NCBI GenBank assembly: GCA_050084515.1
Contig: CM114271.1
Span: 47,058,001-47,122,000, forward strand
Source of the DNA: Blasia pusilla
Taxonomy: Eukaryota
Reading direction: 5' to 3'
DNA: 64,000 nt
Shown here: positions 13,132-27,700 of the stretch, one piece after another
Layout: every line of letters starts with the position of its first letter
Numbering within the stretch: position 1 is the stretch's first letter
Position numbers and translations under genes: made by a program
Notes under the pieces: generated by a model
The model's input: the letters and a program-made list of their open reading frames with translations, nothing else
Told to the model about the DNA's origin: nothing
Databases searched by the model: none

Positions 13132-15409
13132 AAACCTTATTACCCAAAAAAATGGAGAAATACATATTCAAACAATCTCATCTATAAAGAACCGACACAA
13201 TAATTTTATCATTCGATAAGACATTATTGGAGAATGCTCTTTTTATTTTCAGTCACCTTCCCTCTTTACACTTGGCCCTCTCAAACCAAACAAAGGATCA
13301 TTTACGTCTCTAATATGATGGCTCGATCCCTAAGCCAAGAGAATTATTCAAGATTGATATAAAATTGGAAATTAATCAAATCATTAGTCATGCTTTTAAA
13401 ATCATGATGGATTATGGAATCCGTAGAAGAGACGTGTACTAATATCATAGAAAAAAATCATAATGATCTTTATACCAACAATGACTGAAATGTAATGCAA
13501 TAAAAAATTCACAATTTTTTAATAAAATAAAACATATTAAAAAATAAAAAACTGGACTTCTTCGTATCCACGAAAAGAATTTGTCATATTCCGTCATTTA
13601 TTTTGGAAAACTATGTCCATTTCCCGTAATAATCCAAAGTCAAAACCTAAAGTTTTTAATTAATTATACATTCCGAATTTCCGAAGATGCCTTGAAAACC
13701 GTAAATCTGGGATGACAAGGCAAAAGCTCCATCTTCGGAGTCCGGACTTGCAGCTTTGTCGCCACATGTCTGTCAGGAACGAGCCTGCCTTCTAGATTGC
13801 GATACAGTGTTCTTGTACGAAATGCCCTTATGGCATCGTATCCGGAAAGAATGTGTCTCGTCACATGTCTCTACAGGTCAAAAGCCTCGATTTTCTCTGC
13901 CCCCAACTTACCGTTTGCTACTTCGCTTTAACCTGCCACATATTCGAATCCCGGGCCTCGCATTGGCTCCTTTAAATAAGGAGAAAATGCCAAAGAACTA
14001 ATCTGCTGAATTTTCCCGTTAAGAAATCCAGAAACTGGGAAAATAAGAGATCATCGGACGCCTAAGATTCTCCCTCGACAGGATCGACGGTTCAGATACA
14101 TCCTGGGAATATCTGTCAGCTTTTCCAATCATGAACGCGCTTGGAATTCGAGCACGCTGGCAGTCTGACCCCAATTTCGGGAAATGTAGATTTGTTTCAA
14201 GTTATAAATATAATCTTTTGAAATATATGACTAAATTCTCGCGTAAGGGATACTGTCTCTACAGTAGAGGAGACATTATGAGTGTTTTGAAAACAAAACA
14301 CTTTCATAAGTAAAATATTTCCGTTAATTAATAGGGATCTTATCCTTCCATTTCCCAAACTCGAGTTGAATATCTTGGCCAATCACAGTTGCAAAAACTA
14401 ATATATATGAATATATTAGCATTAACCGGACGAGCCACTTGTGACTAGTGGGGGCCGTCGATTGCAGTGGTCAGTCATATCACGCGCTGACATGTCTAAT
14501 ATTTATAAAAGGAATGTAATTTCTAGTTTATTTTTTAATTCGTTATTCCTTATACTCTACAAATTTGTTATGTGGGCGGGCATTAAGATTTTAAACTTTC
14601 GAAAATTATATTATAATAGTATGAGGCATACCCAATTTTTTTTCAAATCTAAATTTGCAATAAATGCTGTGTATATTACTGGTTATCTGTATGGAGGATT
14701 TTTGCAGAATTGGATTAAAACGAAATGAGGGGAAAAAAAATCTACCAAGACCAATGGGCTTTGAACCATCTAATATGCAAAATGATTAGTTACTCTAGAT
14801 AGTATTATTGATGGTTTTTAGATGGGGAAAAAGAATCGATATGCTATTTTTTCTTTCATTGATGGTTATGGGCGAAAGAATTTGCAAGGGCTTTAGAAGA
14901 AAAACTTATGGGACCTATGGTACCACTAGGACCAATGGGCGCATCATTCTAACATGGATATGTGAAAAATAAAGAATTTTGTATCTATAATATTAGAAAA
15001 GTGTTTTCTGGTTTTTGAACACTTTTTTTTTACACATATCGCTATGAATGAACGAGATATTGATTAGATTTCTAGTCCATGGGAAGCCTACCTAGCTTAT
15101 GGGATCCCTTCCACACATGTGATGTTGACATCGCATCCGATAGGCACCTTCACATCTAGATTTCAAACATTTCTTTTCGGGGTTCCCAAGTAGGAGATTT
15201 GGTTTTTTGAGTGAAGGTCTGGATCAATTTTTATCCAAATTCTTCACCTCGGAAGCATAGTCAAGGCACACAAGACATGCTCTCTCTCGAACATGGACCA
15301 TCCATGCCCTAGGTAGGGAACGCCACTACCCTAGGGTTGAGACTACCCCCACTGTCCAAGGGAAGAGTTGAACCAAGGACCTTATTTTAGTTAACCTCTT
15401 GATCATCTG

Positions 15410-15444
<35 letters not shown>

Positions 15445-17949
15445 TCCTCTATCTCTCCCTCTCTCTATCTCTCTCTCGCTACATTTTCTATGTTTCTTTA
15501 GAGCTAGTTGGAAAGTAAATAAATTTCAAAGTTTGAACATATATCATGGTTTTATAACTTTACAACTAATATTTTAATATATATGCCATAGGCTAAAAAA
15601 ATTTTCTCCGAAAAAACAAAAGATAACATTGTAAGGGATCTAAAAATCTTCCTGTATTGAAAATTTTGTTTTCTAAATTTTTTTAATAAAATAATATAAA
15701 ATTATTCAAATGGGAATATAAATAAGTTTTTAAATGATAAGATTAGATGAAAATTAAGAACACATCATAATCATGTGTTTAGTTTTGGTTCTATATGTAT
15801 ATAATTTGAAGTCTCCATCTAATCACTCCCTTTACCTAAGTGTTGGCTACAAAGATACCTCCACATAACTAGGAATGGGCAAATAAAATCAAATGATTAA
15901 AAACAAGGCAAGAAACCCTATCATCTAATCTTAGTAAGTAGAAAACGCCGATTAAAGAAATGGGAATAGAATATATGGGACCTCCTACAACTCAATCAAA
16001 ACCAGATACTATAGTAAAAAAGTTTGGACAACAAATATATTGAAATAGAATCACTCATCTCCCATTGTTTCATAAATAATAAAACATTATTTGACAAACG
16101 CTAAAAGACTCACACTCACAGAAAAGTGTGCCCCTCTTTAAAAATCTGTCGAAAACACTTTACTTGCCTTTCGGAATACTATACATATGTGAAGTCCTCT
16201 TAAAAATTAATAAAGGAATAAAAAGAAAAAGGAGAAAAAAGTCCCTCGGAACTGATGACGATGCTCGACGGATATTCCACTGTCAAGTTGCAGCGGTTAA
16301 GTGTGTCTATCTATCGGTGCGGCTGGATGGGCATGATGAGCATGATCATGGGAAACCCATGGAGCGGAGCCCTCCCATGACAATGCCCATGCTCCACTCT
16401 TGTCAGAGTGCTCAGAGATTGTCTCCTGGAAAGGCACACTGCATGCCATGTACGGCGCACATATGTATGCGCATGGGGAATCGGCGGCACGTATGTGGGG
16501 AATGAACACCTGGTACAGCGCATGCCTGATACCGACAGACATACATCGTATGACCAGGGAATAATACAGGACATGTCATGCGATTTTTTTTTAATGCACT
16601 AACCACTTTTCGGAACTTATCTTTATCTTCCATTATGGATGAATTCCATCCTTAACTCATTTGCAGCTTTGATTTACAATTATAAATAAAATAAGGTGCT
16701 ATTTCCCCAACCTATGTTATGAATTAAGGGTCGACTTTGTGGAATTCATTTAATCTTTTGCTAACTTTTATAGTCAACCAAAACTAAAGAGAGTTAGGGA
16801 AGCCCTATCGCGATCTAAACTAAGTGTCCAATATGTAGTCTAGGGCGTTAATTTCATATCTCTAAATGGAACACCATGGTCGTTGAAAGATATTTTGCCT
16901 TAAAATACACACATCAGTTCTTAAAATCTGGAAATTTTCTTCCCTCGTCGGGAAATGATAAACAGACCCTTTAAAATTAAACCAAATATGGAAAATAAGT
17001 CCAATGCCAACAACAGCCACACATGGAATACACTTATCATGACTCCTAGGCCATGCATGCGAAGTAGGTGACGAGAAAAGTGATCGTTTTTATGGTTCCT
17101 TGTGAAGAATGAATGTGGTGTAATGTGGAGTTGATTGAGTGAAAAAAATGTGACTTTTTTTAGGGCATATTTTCTTTTATCCCCAAATAATGCATTATCA
17201 TTATTTTCTTTCTTTCTTCTCTCTATCGTGACCCATCTTCTTCCCAAAAATATAACATTTCGTTGCCCAAATAATGCATTTCCATCATTATTATACTTGT
17301 AAGTTGTAGTGAAGAAGGGGTGCCTTTTATGAATGATCTCCTTGCCTTGGAGTGTCAATGATTTTCTTTCTTTTTTTTCCACCAAGAGTTTCATCTTGGG
17401 TCGGGATGGTCAAGAGGAGGAGCGCACTACATTTTTTAATTTTTTTTATTCATCTATTTTCTCAGAATTGCATCTTGGAAGGAGTACATATAGTTTTCCC
17501 CTTAAACAATCTCTTTGACATAAGTTCCCTTGATAAACAGTCATATGGACTCAAATTAGGGTCCGATGAGTGCATTGGCGTGAATTGAGAAGCACCCAAA
17601 AGTTACTTCAACTATTTTGGTGCGATGCGAAATTGTCTTTTGGTTGTTGGATTTCTTGCACTTCACATACATAACTGCTTACTCATGTCCCATAAGAAAC
17701 AGTCCCTTTGATACATCCCAATAAACGACTTGAATAAAAGTTTATGGAATGTGGAAGTGAGATTCAACATGCAACAAACGATTACTAATGACTATTTCTT
17801 ACAACACACATTATGTTGTGGTCACAAAGAGATTACTGCACTTCCCTTCCCCGAGTGCCTCTTCTTTTCCCACCAAGAGATCCTTCCACAAGACCCAATA
17901 AACGACTCAAATGAAAGTGGTTGGAGTATTTCACGAAGTGAGTGAAAAT

Positions 17950-18400
17950 AAAAAAGAACTCCATAATGAACATTATTCCACAATCCACCCCATGACTAGT
18001 TCTTGAGTCACACATCACATTTTGGTTGATATTCACTCTCGCTTCTTCCTTTCCCGAAAGGGGGCCCTTTGATACGAGCAATAAACGACTCGAATTACAG
18101 TGGATGGAGCGTTTGTGGAGGTAGGAGCAAGAGTTCGGTGCGAACCCAACAACACCGATTACTCCAACTTCCATATTGTGACAATATCTCTTAGTGCACA
18201 TACAATTTTGGTCCATCTCCATAAAAGTGGACATGTCCCATCCACAAAGGGACAAGCACTCATTCCTTCTCCATATGGAGACCCCTTTGAAAGTTTTACA
18301 ACCCCCAAAAAGCTTCTCCATAAAAGTGTACATAACGACTGTGGAAGCGAGTGGGAATAATAGGGACGACCACTTCTCTAACTTTCATTATTCATATCAT
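17950..18400 (-). pseudogene. Possible Ulp1-like cysteine peptidase remnant (as carried by MULE/CACTA elements)
   Basis: Minus-strand frames give VLVPLWMGHVHF (His-motif-like) followed by SHGVDCGIMFIMEF (resembles N-G-x-DCG-I-F). Highly decayed. Confidence 0.3.
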
Positions 18401-18504
18401 GACTCTACTCCATCCACTCCGATTTGGTCATATTTGTGGACGCGTGCTCATAACGTTCTCATGGAAGATCTTGAGCACACCATCCTCATGCACAAATGAA
18501 GTTA

Positions 18505-19800
18505 TGTGGGAGCTCACTTATGGGCCTAGAGATTCCTTGGGAATAAGGAGGGGGTGCTATTATATTATATTCTATTCTATTGTATTTTTATTTTATTCGG
18601 ATTTTCGTCCCAAACATGAGGAAGGCCGTTTGGGTGTGAGAGTGGGTTTGGGAGTCCTTATAATTTTTATTTCGTATTCTTCTTAATGCGGGGGCTCACT
18701 TGTGGGCGTAGAGGATTCGTGGGAAATAGAAGGAATGCTAAATTAGTTAGTTAGTCAGGGCTAGGGAGAGTGTTTGATATTTTAATCTTCATGTGGGGCC
18801 TCCGTGGGAATTAGGAGGGGGTTATTATTATTATTATTATAATACTATTAAGACGGGCTCACAAACGCGTGGAGGGAAGGTTGGTTGGAAGAGTGTTTTA
18901 TATTTTTAAAATTTTAAATGTGTGGGCTCACTTGTAGGGGTAGAGGAACCGTGGGAATTAGGAGGGGAGGGGGTGCTATTACTTTCTTCTCAAACGTGTC
19001 GAAGGGCGGTTGTTTGTTAGAGTGAGTGCTATATATTTTAGTTTTAATTTGTTTTATCTGGGGGCTTCAATTATGGGCTAGAGATTCCTTGAGAGTTACG
19101 AGTGGAGGGGGAGCTATTATTTTCTCCCAAACGTGTCTAAGTCCGTTTGCGTGTGAGTGTTTTCATTTTACTTGACCTTGTTTTATTTTTATGTTGTTGG
19201 CCCACTTATGGGCCTAGAGATTGGTCGGGAATTAAGAGTGGATGGGAAGCTATAATTTCTTCCTAAACTTTTCGATGTTGGCTTATATGTTTGTGTGAGT
19301 AAGTGAGTTATACATAAGTATATGTTTGGAAATTTTATGCCTGGGCTAAATCATGGCCATACATACTCTTGGAACTTGGAATTGAGGGGTTGATGTAATT
19401 TCTTCTCCAACGTGTAGAGCTCCATTTGTGCATGGGTGTTTTTTTGAGGTTTCATTCTATTTTCTTTTCTCGCTTATGGCCTTAGGAGTGGAGTTATTGC
19501 TATTAGTTCCTCCCTCTCCCACGTGTATGTATGTTTGAGGGAGTGAGAATATTATTTATGCATTATTTATTATTATTTTAATATGTGTGCTCACTAAATG
19601 GCCATGGACATTCCTTCTTGGGAACTAGGAATAGAGGGCTTGCAATTACCTTCTCTTCCCAAAATTGTGGAAGTCCACTTGTGTGTGTTTTTCAAGGAGA
19701 GAGGTTTTTCATTATTTTTTAATATACGGGCTCTTTTATGGCCCTAGGGGTGGAACTAGGAATGGAGGGATGGGTTGCTATTATTTCCTCCTTAAACTTG
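18505..19800. repeat. Degenerate minisatellite, about 9-10 units of ~130-180 bp
   Basis: GCTCACTTATGGGCCTAGAGATTCC..GGAAT..GAGGGG..GCTATTA-type motif recurs near 18512, 18695, 18926, 19065, 19200, 19345, 19588 and 19729, plus partial copies. Confidence 0.8.
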
Positions 19801-21232
19801 CAAACTTGTGTGCGTTTGAGATAGAGAAATTGATCTGCTTCGAAAATAGTGTAGGAAAAGTCAAGGAAGGCAATTTTCCCATCCACAAAATATATGGACA
19901 CTCATGGGGTAACGTGCAAGGAATAATATACACCTAGCTAGGAAAATCGCTAAAAGTCAACAGGGTATTGTTATAATATTAGTAAAGCAGCTAAGATAGA
20001 TTTAGGGCGTTTGCCTTGGGAAAGTTTTTCCTTCCCTCTCTGCATTTTATGTAAATTAATTTTAGTTTTATTAATTCAGATAAATTTTCAATTCGTCTAC
20101 TCTAAGATGTTTTCCTCAAGATTTCTTTTTAAAAATAAACCTGGGATGTGATATTTTTAGAGACTTCCAATTCTATTCATAAATAAAGTAAAATTTCTAT
20201 TGATTTTTTTTGGTGAAGGGGGGAAAAGATCTCTTATGTTTTCTAACCATGTAAATGGTGATTGCTTTAGAAAAGGGTGACAAGGGAAAATACTATGAAT
20301 CGAATGTGTGGTAAAACACTTGTGTGGTCATAGAAAATGGATACCTTGATACTTAATTAGCCTATGTATGGGATTGACTATGGAGGAGGAGGACTATGAT
20401 GGAGGAGATGGAGGGATATATAGAATTCTGCTTCTAACTATTTCCATGGTGATCCAATCTTTTCAATCTAAAATCCAATGTGTTCATCTTCTCGAGCTTG
20501 AACTTTAGGGTTTTCTTTTTTCCATTTAAGATTGAGTTTTCCAAAGTTCTTGGGATCTTTGGACCTCCTTCTCTCCTAAATGTGCTTATAGATTCCTATA
20601 CGCAATTTCACACATAGTGCTCTCCTTATAGAGTGATATCGGGTCACCATCATTTTAAGGGATTCCTCTTGTTTTCCTGGATCTTTTGATACGGGCTGGG
20701 CCCAACATTATGAACTCATTCCCTCATAGCAATCATTGGTGGGTGGCTCACTTACACCTCGGATTCTCTTTTTTTTGTGTTCCAATTTCTTTCATAACTT
20801 TCTTTTGGAATGTCAGTTTTGGACGTGTTTGGGCTTGTTTTGATCGTCTTGACAAGTTCGTTCTTTTCATATCAAGTGGGTTTTCTAGTTTTTCTTCCTT
20901 CTTCATAGGCGCCTATTTTTGTGTATGGGTTTGTTTTAGGTCAATTCCTCCCAAAAGTCTTCCTTATTCTTTCAATTCCTTACCTTACTATTTATCCTAC
21001 ATATGTTTGCCATCTCCTTAAGGACATTAGAAATTCATATTCTTGAGCCATCTCTTCCGATATCATAAAGATCACTTTTCCTTGTCAATTGCTTTTTATA
21101 TTTTTTATAGTAACTTTCAATTGTAAATTCGGTATTGCCTAATCTTTTTCTCTACATCCAAATTTCTTTTGGACAGATTCCACTACTTTTTTTCTCTCGT
21201 TATCCTCATGCTTTCTCCAAACCACGTTTCAT

Positions 21233-24200
21233 ATGTCTTCCTTTGTCTTCGATGACTTGCCTACCTTTGCTTCTATGTTATCAGAGATGGAGTTGGATTC
21301 TCCATTTATTCGCTTATCTGGTCTTACACGCCCTTATACAGCCATAACATCTCCCCCTGGTTCACCTTCTCATCGTAGATCTCGCCATTTTCCTCTATAT
21401 GCTAATACATCCATTACACTCACTACATTTCTTCCGGATTCTCCTCTTCTCCCCTCTTTGTCTTGTCCTATTGAGCCTAATCTTGATCCATTATTACCGA
21501 ATCCTTCTATTTTTCCATCCCCACATATCTCATCTATGCCCTTGCTTTCAACTCCCATCTATTCTACTCGAATATCCCCTCTTCCTCCTCCTCCTTCCCC
21601 AACCTACTTGCCCCCCTCATCGTCGTCCATCACCACCTCTTGCACCTCCCAACTCCTCTCCTTGTAACCCTTCTACTTCTCCATTTGTACCAAAGGTTCG
21701 TTGCATACCTTGTGGTAAGGTGTTTGCTCCTAATGGAATCAAAAGACATCAGCGATATTGTCGATCCATACATCGGCCTTCAATCCTTAATCCGATACCA
21801 CCTCCTATTGCACTCCCCACAACAATTTCTTGGATCTGGTTAAGCCAAATTGATCTCCTTTGCTCTTTCCATCTAGATCTTCCTCGTCCTAGACTCTACA
21901 CTCGCATTCCTATTGCTCTTCGTCCCATCACCCAACAAGCTTTGCTTTTTCCATTAGAAAGGTTAGTGCGTGATCCCAAAGATATCAATGCTTGGTATCT
22001 CCTCTTACTCTTCCCATGATGGGTTTTAGTCCTCCCTCCAAGGGGGGGTACGACGGATCATTGTGAAACCTCCACATGTATTCAACGCTTTATGTATGGG
22101 GATTGGGAGAATATTCAGAATGAGCATGTACTCCGAATAGACGCCTTAGCTGCGGCTCATCCCTCTCAACATGCCAATAATGGGAGGCCATCAATACAAC
22201 AACGCCTTCGACAAAGTCTACTTTTGGGGCAGGTTGGTGAGTTTTCACGAGCAACTCGAGCATTGGATCCTCTTTCTCCGGCGATTCCAAGTGCAAAAAC
22301 AATGGCTCTCTTAGAAGCTCTTCACCCTCCTTCAAGTCGCAATGCTCCATCTTTTGTGGAAGACTATACAAAGGACCTTGGCTTGGAGGTTTTCACAAGG
22401 GCTTTTCTGCATACTCCTTGCTTATCAACAAGCGGGCTATCACGGATGATTTTTTAGCATCTCCGTGATTGCTTTATCCCGGCAGATTCAACATGTGGCT
22501 TTGTCTCTCTATATAAGGTGTGTGCACATATGGCAACACGTCGTCTCCCATTCTCTATCTCTAGGCTCTTAGGGGCTTGTCGTTTGTTGGCTATGGATAA
22601 GCCTCCTTCAAGTGTGCACTATTTGGCTATTGGAGAGGTTTTATACCACTTGGTTAGTCGATCCCTATGCTTGCAATTTTGTCCTCACTTTAGTGCCCAC
22701 TTATTTCCTCATGAATTTGGAGTGGCAACTCATGGAGGTTGTAAGGTTGTGGTGCATGGAATTTGCTCCACACTTGGTATTCATCCAGATTGGGTAGCAA
22801 TTCAAGTTGATGTGGCTAACGCATTCAATTTAGTTTCTCTTGCAGCCATCTTTGAGGAGTTATGTTGTGCAGGAGGACAACTTGCAAGCCTCATGCCGTT
22901 TGTTTGCTCCTTCTATGCCTATGATACACCCATTATCTACTCCCATCATGCTACTTCCGGGAAATATAGTATTCTACAATCGGCTTGTGGCACACGTCAA
23001 GGTGATCCCATGGGTGGCCCACTCTTTGCCATTGCCCACTTTCGTGCCCTTTGAGCATCAGCGCAAGCCTTTCCATCTTGTCTTTTCCCTTCTATTGCTG
23101 ATGATACTCACATTATAGGTCCTCCTTTTGAAGTGGTTCTTGCTTATACACATTTCGTGGAGCAACTCTCTTTCTTGAACCTTAAAGTCCAAGCTAGTAA
23201 TTGTGGAATATGGTCTCCTTTGTGCCTTCCCTCAACATCCACCCCACCTACTCCTGATTTTCACATCTACATTGAAGGGGTTAGGGCTCCGGGATCCCAA
23301 TTGGCTTCATCGACTATGTCTCAAAGTTATTGGATGAGGCCCTTTTGAAAGACGTGGAATGGCTTCATTTGTTACCACATCTAGGGGATCCCCAAGTGGC
23401 TTATGGGATTCTCTCCCAACTTTTTCTACGACGTCCTTTCTACCTTCTTCGCACTTTTCCTCCCACTTCAAGGTTCTTACTTCGGTTGGCCTCTTTTGAC
23501 GCTTCTATCTTGGAAACTTTTGGTCAACTTCTTGGCCCGAATACCTTTGAGGGAGAGGATGGTGTCTTTGCTTCACTACAAGCTATCTTGCCTATTTCTT
23601 TTGGAGGGGTAGGATTGTCCTCCACAGTCGCAACTGCTCCCGCAGCCTTTTTGGGGAGTTGGGCGTTGATAGCACCGATTATGGCTTCAAGATTTCTCCA
23701 AGGAGATACACCTATCTTGATGGATCATATCGCCCATGTAGAGGAGGGGGACTTGTTCTTTCAACAACAACTAAGATGTGCACGAGCTCTTCTTCCTCTT
23801 GCTACACAAGCAATTCTACCCCCTTTTAGTCAATTGATTACATAAGGGTTTGATCGACTTCAAGAGCATATCTATGAGAATCTGCATCAAATTAACTTTT
23901 CTAGCATTCTCTCCGAGGCTTCCTCTGACGCTCATCGAGCTTGTCTGCGTTCGTGTGAAGGTACCGGAGCGGGGGCGTGGCTTAGTGCAAATCCTCCTAT
24001 TCTTCCATTTCGTCTTCCTTGAAGTATATTCTCAACAGCTTTGCTGTTACGTCTTGGACTTCCCAATCCTTCTCTGTTAGGTGTGCCGAATTGTGTATGC
24101 GGAGATCCCATTGATGCCAAGGGTATCCATATTCTCCGATGTGCACATGGTGAAGAACAAACGACCACACATTATGTTATTAGAGAGGCGGTAACATCGG

Positions 24201-24760
24201 TGGCTCGTATTGCAGGATACACCGTTGGGCAAGAGCAACCCCATGTCCTACCTTCAACCACACAAGCAATCTCTCATTGGAGAGTGGATCTTGTTATGTC
24301 TCGAGGTGGATTCCGGACACTAGGTGATGTGGTGGTTGCTAATCCAATACGTTCTGACTTGGTGTGTCGATCCCCACATACCAAAGGTTTGACGGCCGAA
24401 GCTGCAACAAGAATCAAGGAATTAAGTTATGTTGTGAGACATGCGACTGATGGATTTATTCCTTTATTAGTGGAAGTATTTGGTCATTTACATGTGTCTT
24501 TTGATACTTTCCTGAAAATATGTGCTCACCACTCCCTCGAGAATTATCATCTTGCCCCTTCTTGTAGTCCTTCTCTCTATGTAGTTATTACTTATTTTCG
24601 GCAATGCATCTCAGTGGCCTTACAACCTGCACAAGCCTTATCCTTGATACGTTGTGCGGAGGTGGTGGGGGGTGGCTCGCCTCGTCGTCCATTCAGGTCT
24701 GACCAATCACTCGTGTTCTTGTCAGATTTATTTCAGACTATCAATCGAGTAGCTCGTTGA
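21233..24760 (+). mobile_element. Degenerate CRE-clade-like non-LTR retrotransposon (single ORF: C2H2-like finger, RT, CCHC, restriction-like endonuclease)
   Basis: Pro/Ser-rich N-terminus; CIPCGKVFAPNGIKRHQRYC (~21700-21760); RT motifs QVDVANAFN, GTRQGDPMGGPLF and SIADDTHIIG (23091-23120); LPISFGGVGL..APAAFLGSW; CVC..HILRC knuckle (~24091); RVDLV..GDVVVANP..KELSY..FIPLLVEVFG (PD-(D/E)xK-like RLE). Many stops and frameshifts. No APE domain. Confidence 0.85.
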
Positions 24761-25244
24761 GTCGGTGTTTGCGTTGGCTAGTTGCCATTTTCTTTTTGCA
24801 TTCTTTTATGTATTTTTGACTCCTCTTTTGAGATGCTATTACCTTTCTTTTTCCTCTTCTGAGATTCATTTCATAATGAAGTGGATATACAAATGTTATT
24901 GAAAGATAATAAGGAAGTAAGCAATAGAATGTAGAGCAATTGAGAGGCTCGAGCTTCGCAAAAGGAACACACTCCCACACAATGCCTAATCTGGTTCAAT
25001 TTATTCCATCTATTTTTCTTGTCAAATTTTTTCCATTCATAGCTCTTCTAGTAACCTTTCCAAGTTCTCCATGTGATTTCCCACTCGCTATCTTGCAAAA
25101 ATATTCACCTAAAATATTTATATTCTTTATTTTATAGGTTTCTATTTTCATCAATCATCCCTCAAAAAAAGTGGAGTGGAGGAAAAAATCGATTTGTACA
25201 ATGAAAACTTGTGAGAAGTATAGGGGCAGTGAGGAATGGACAAG

Positions 25245-25532
25245 TCTATCCCTATGACGAACATGGAGAGACAAGTTTGGATATGTCCACGCACATGGAT
25301 TCTAAGAGGTGGGGATTATAGTTCTTGATGGAGAAGAGGGCAAGGCTGAGTAGACCAATAAGGTGGGAGGGAGTGGGGATGAAGGGATGAAGAAATAGGA
25401 AAGTATGGAACATGTAGGCAAGTTGGGGGAATGAGAATCTAGAAAGAAGGGGAAGGTGGGGCCCACATGGACAAGTCTTTCCATAAGACAGACATAAGTC
25501 CACGGACACGGAGTTTGTCCACATGCAACCTT
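25245..25532 (-). repeat. Dispersed repeat, inverted relative to the copy at ~57595
   Basis: Minus strand ATGTGGACAA..TGTCCGTGGACTTA..TCTTATGGAA..CCATGTGG.. aligns by eye with 57601-57890. Confidence 0.8.
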
Positions 25533-26714
25533 GGGAATGGAATGTCTAGGGAGTTAAGCCAATGGCCGAGAATACTTACCAAAATAAGTTCAATTCCATG
25601 TGAAATGCACAAAATAAAAATAAAATCCTAATAAACATGAAAACTTTTTAGTTCCATTGGAAAATGCTAGCCATAAGAAGAGGACATGAAAATTACATCA
25701 AAAGAAAATGGTAAGGAAAATATCCTATTTCTTTGGAAAATGGATGGTAAATCTTGACAAAGAAAACAGATGCGAAAGTGTTGATGACAGAAAATGGATA
25801 TGAAGATTCCCGATAACCAAAAAATAGAGAAGATAATTTCCATTATAGAAAATAATTCAAAAATTATTTTTTTAAAGAAAAAAATGGTTAACTATGCATG
25901 ACTCCATCTTCCCAAAATTGGAATTATTTTTTGTGCTCATTTAGGGATTTGGGATGAGTTAAAATGAAATAGTCAAAATCCATGTGTAGATAACTTTTTT
26001 GGATAAGAGGCTTCTAGTGGGATTAAATCCCTATCATGTTCTCTTATCCTCTTTCATATATCTTAAAATTTTGAAAGTGAAATTTACCATATATGCATTA
26101 AATAAAATTAGAGAAATAAGTAAATTAATAAAATTTTGAAATGCCATAAGAAATTAAACCCTATGTGCGTGAAATTAAAAAAATATGTAGATATGTGAAG
26201 TTTGAAAATTTCACAAGAAATTAGACCATACAGGCATAAAAAAAACACAGAAACAATTCCACACATAAAGCTTGAAAATGCCATGAGAAATTGTAAAAGC
26301 TATGCATAAGAGAAAGACAGATAACGAAGTCCATGAGTAAAATTTGAAAATTCCATGAAAAGTTGTACTATATATGCATAAGAGAAAAATAGAGAAATAG
26401 ATCTTCATGTATAGTTTGACAACGCCATGATAAACCGTATCCTGTATGCATTAAAAACATAAAGAAGTAAATCCGAACATAGATCTAGAGAATGCTATAT
26501 CACATGCCTTTTATCACACATGCATAAAATAAAATAAAAAACATTAAATCCAGCCTAGTCTACACTAGAATACAGCTCCAATTCCTTGCAGCTACTCACT
26601 AGGATTTCCTCATTTGGAGAAGAATCCTTGTCCTTTGGAGACTATTTTTGTTTTTTTCCTTCTACTTCATGAAAGGATTGACTTTCTCTAGGAGACCACA
26701 AACACGTTCGTCTC

Positions 26715-27700
26715 AATCTGGGTGCCATCGCCAAAGACAACTCCTTTGACTCGTGTTATAAGAGAAAAAACCCTAAACAATGTGGGGATCATGAATTTAC
26801 GTCTTCCATTTTCTTCTAAGAGTGCCTGGAGGTCATCTTGGTGGGGGGAATGCACCAAAACAATGTGGGTGTCAAAGACTATATCTTTGACTCGTTTTCT
26901 AGAAGTGCATGGAGAGCATGGTGTTTGGGGGGGTAGTGGGGGGGGACATGGGGACGTTGGTGTTACATGGGACCCTTGAAATGTGGGTGTCAAAAACTAC
27001 TTTGACTTTTGTGTTAAGAGTCCCTTGAGTGCATCTTGGTGGGGGAGGAAGAAGCCTAAAGAATGTGGGTTTGGAGGACTATATCTTTGACTGGTTTTCT
27101 AAGGGTGTTTGAGGGGAAAGAAGAAGAATCCTAAACAAAGCGGGTGCCAAATAATATTATCCTACTTCTTTAATTCGTCTTGTTTTCTAATAGTGCCTTG
27201 AGTGCATCTTGGTAGGGGAGGGAACCCCTAGAGAATTAAGGGTGTCAAATGCTACTTTGCCTTGGTTTCTTAGAACTTCTTTAGTGCATTTTGGTGGGGA
27301 GAAAAATCCGAAAACAATAAGGGTGTCCACAACACTATTATTCCACTTGTGTGGATTTTCTTGTAAGAGAATATTTTGTACATCTTGGCGGGAGAAAAAA
27401 CCCTAAAAAGTGGGTATCAAACACTACGTTCTCAAGAGTGCATTTGGTGGGAAGCACAAACCCTAACATTTTTGGGCGGCACACTCTATCTCCTCGTCTC
27501 CAAAGAATAGGCCTTGTGGAAGCAAAACCCTCGAGCAATATATATAGGTCTATTAAGAGTGTCTTTAAGGTAAGGTGGAGGGAAAAAGCCCCCCCAAGCA
27601 TGGGAATCTAAAACTCTTGCAAGTTTTGTAAGAGTGCCTCGAGTGTTAATCCTCGTTTGGGGGGGGAGGAGCCATGAACAACCCAAAACCTCGAGGGGGT
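26715..27700. repeat. Degenerate minisatellite, ~70-90-bp units
   Basis: Recurring GAGTGCATCTTGGTGGGG..AAACCCTAAA..TGGGTGTCAAA..ACTA..TTTGACT motif, roughly ten degenerate copies. Confidence 0.75.

Noticed and set aside
15412..15442. (GA)n and other microsatellites (also ~40305, 40575, 53010, 53110) and (GATC)n at ~5712
   Set aside because: Ordinary simple repeats with no further structure.
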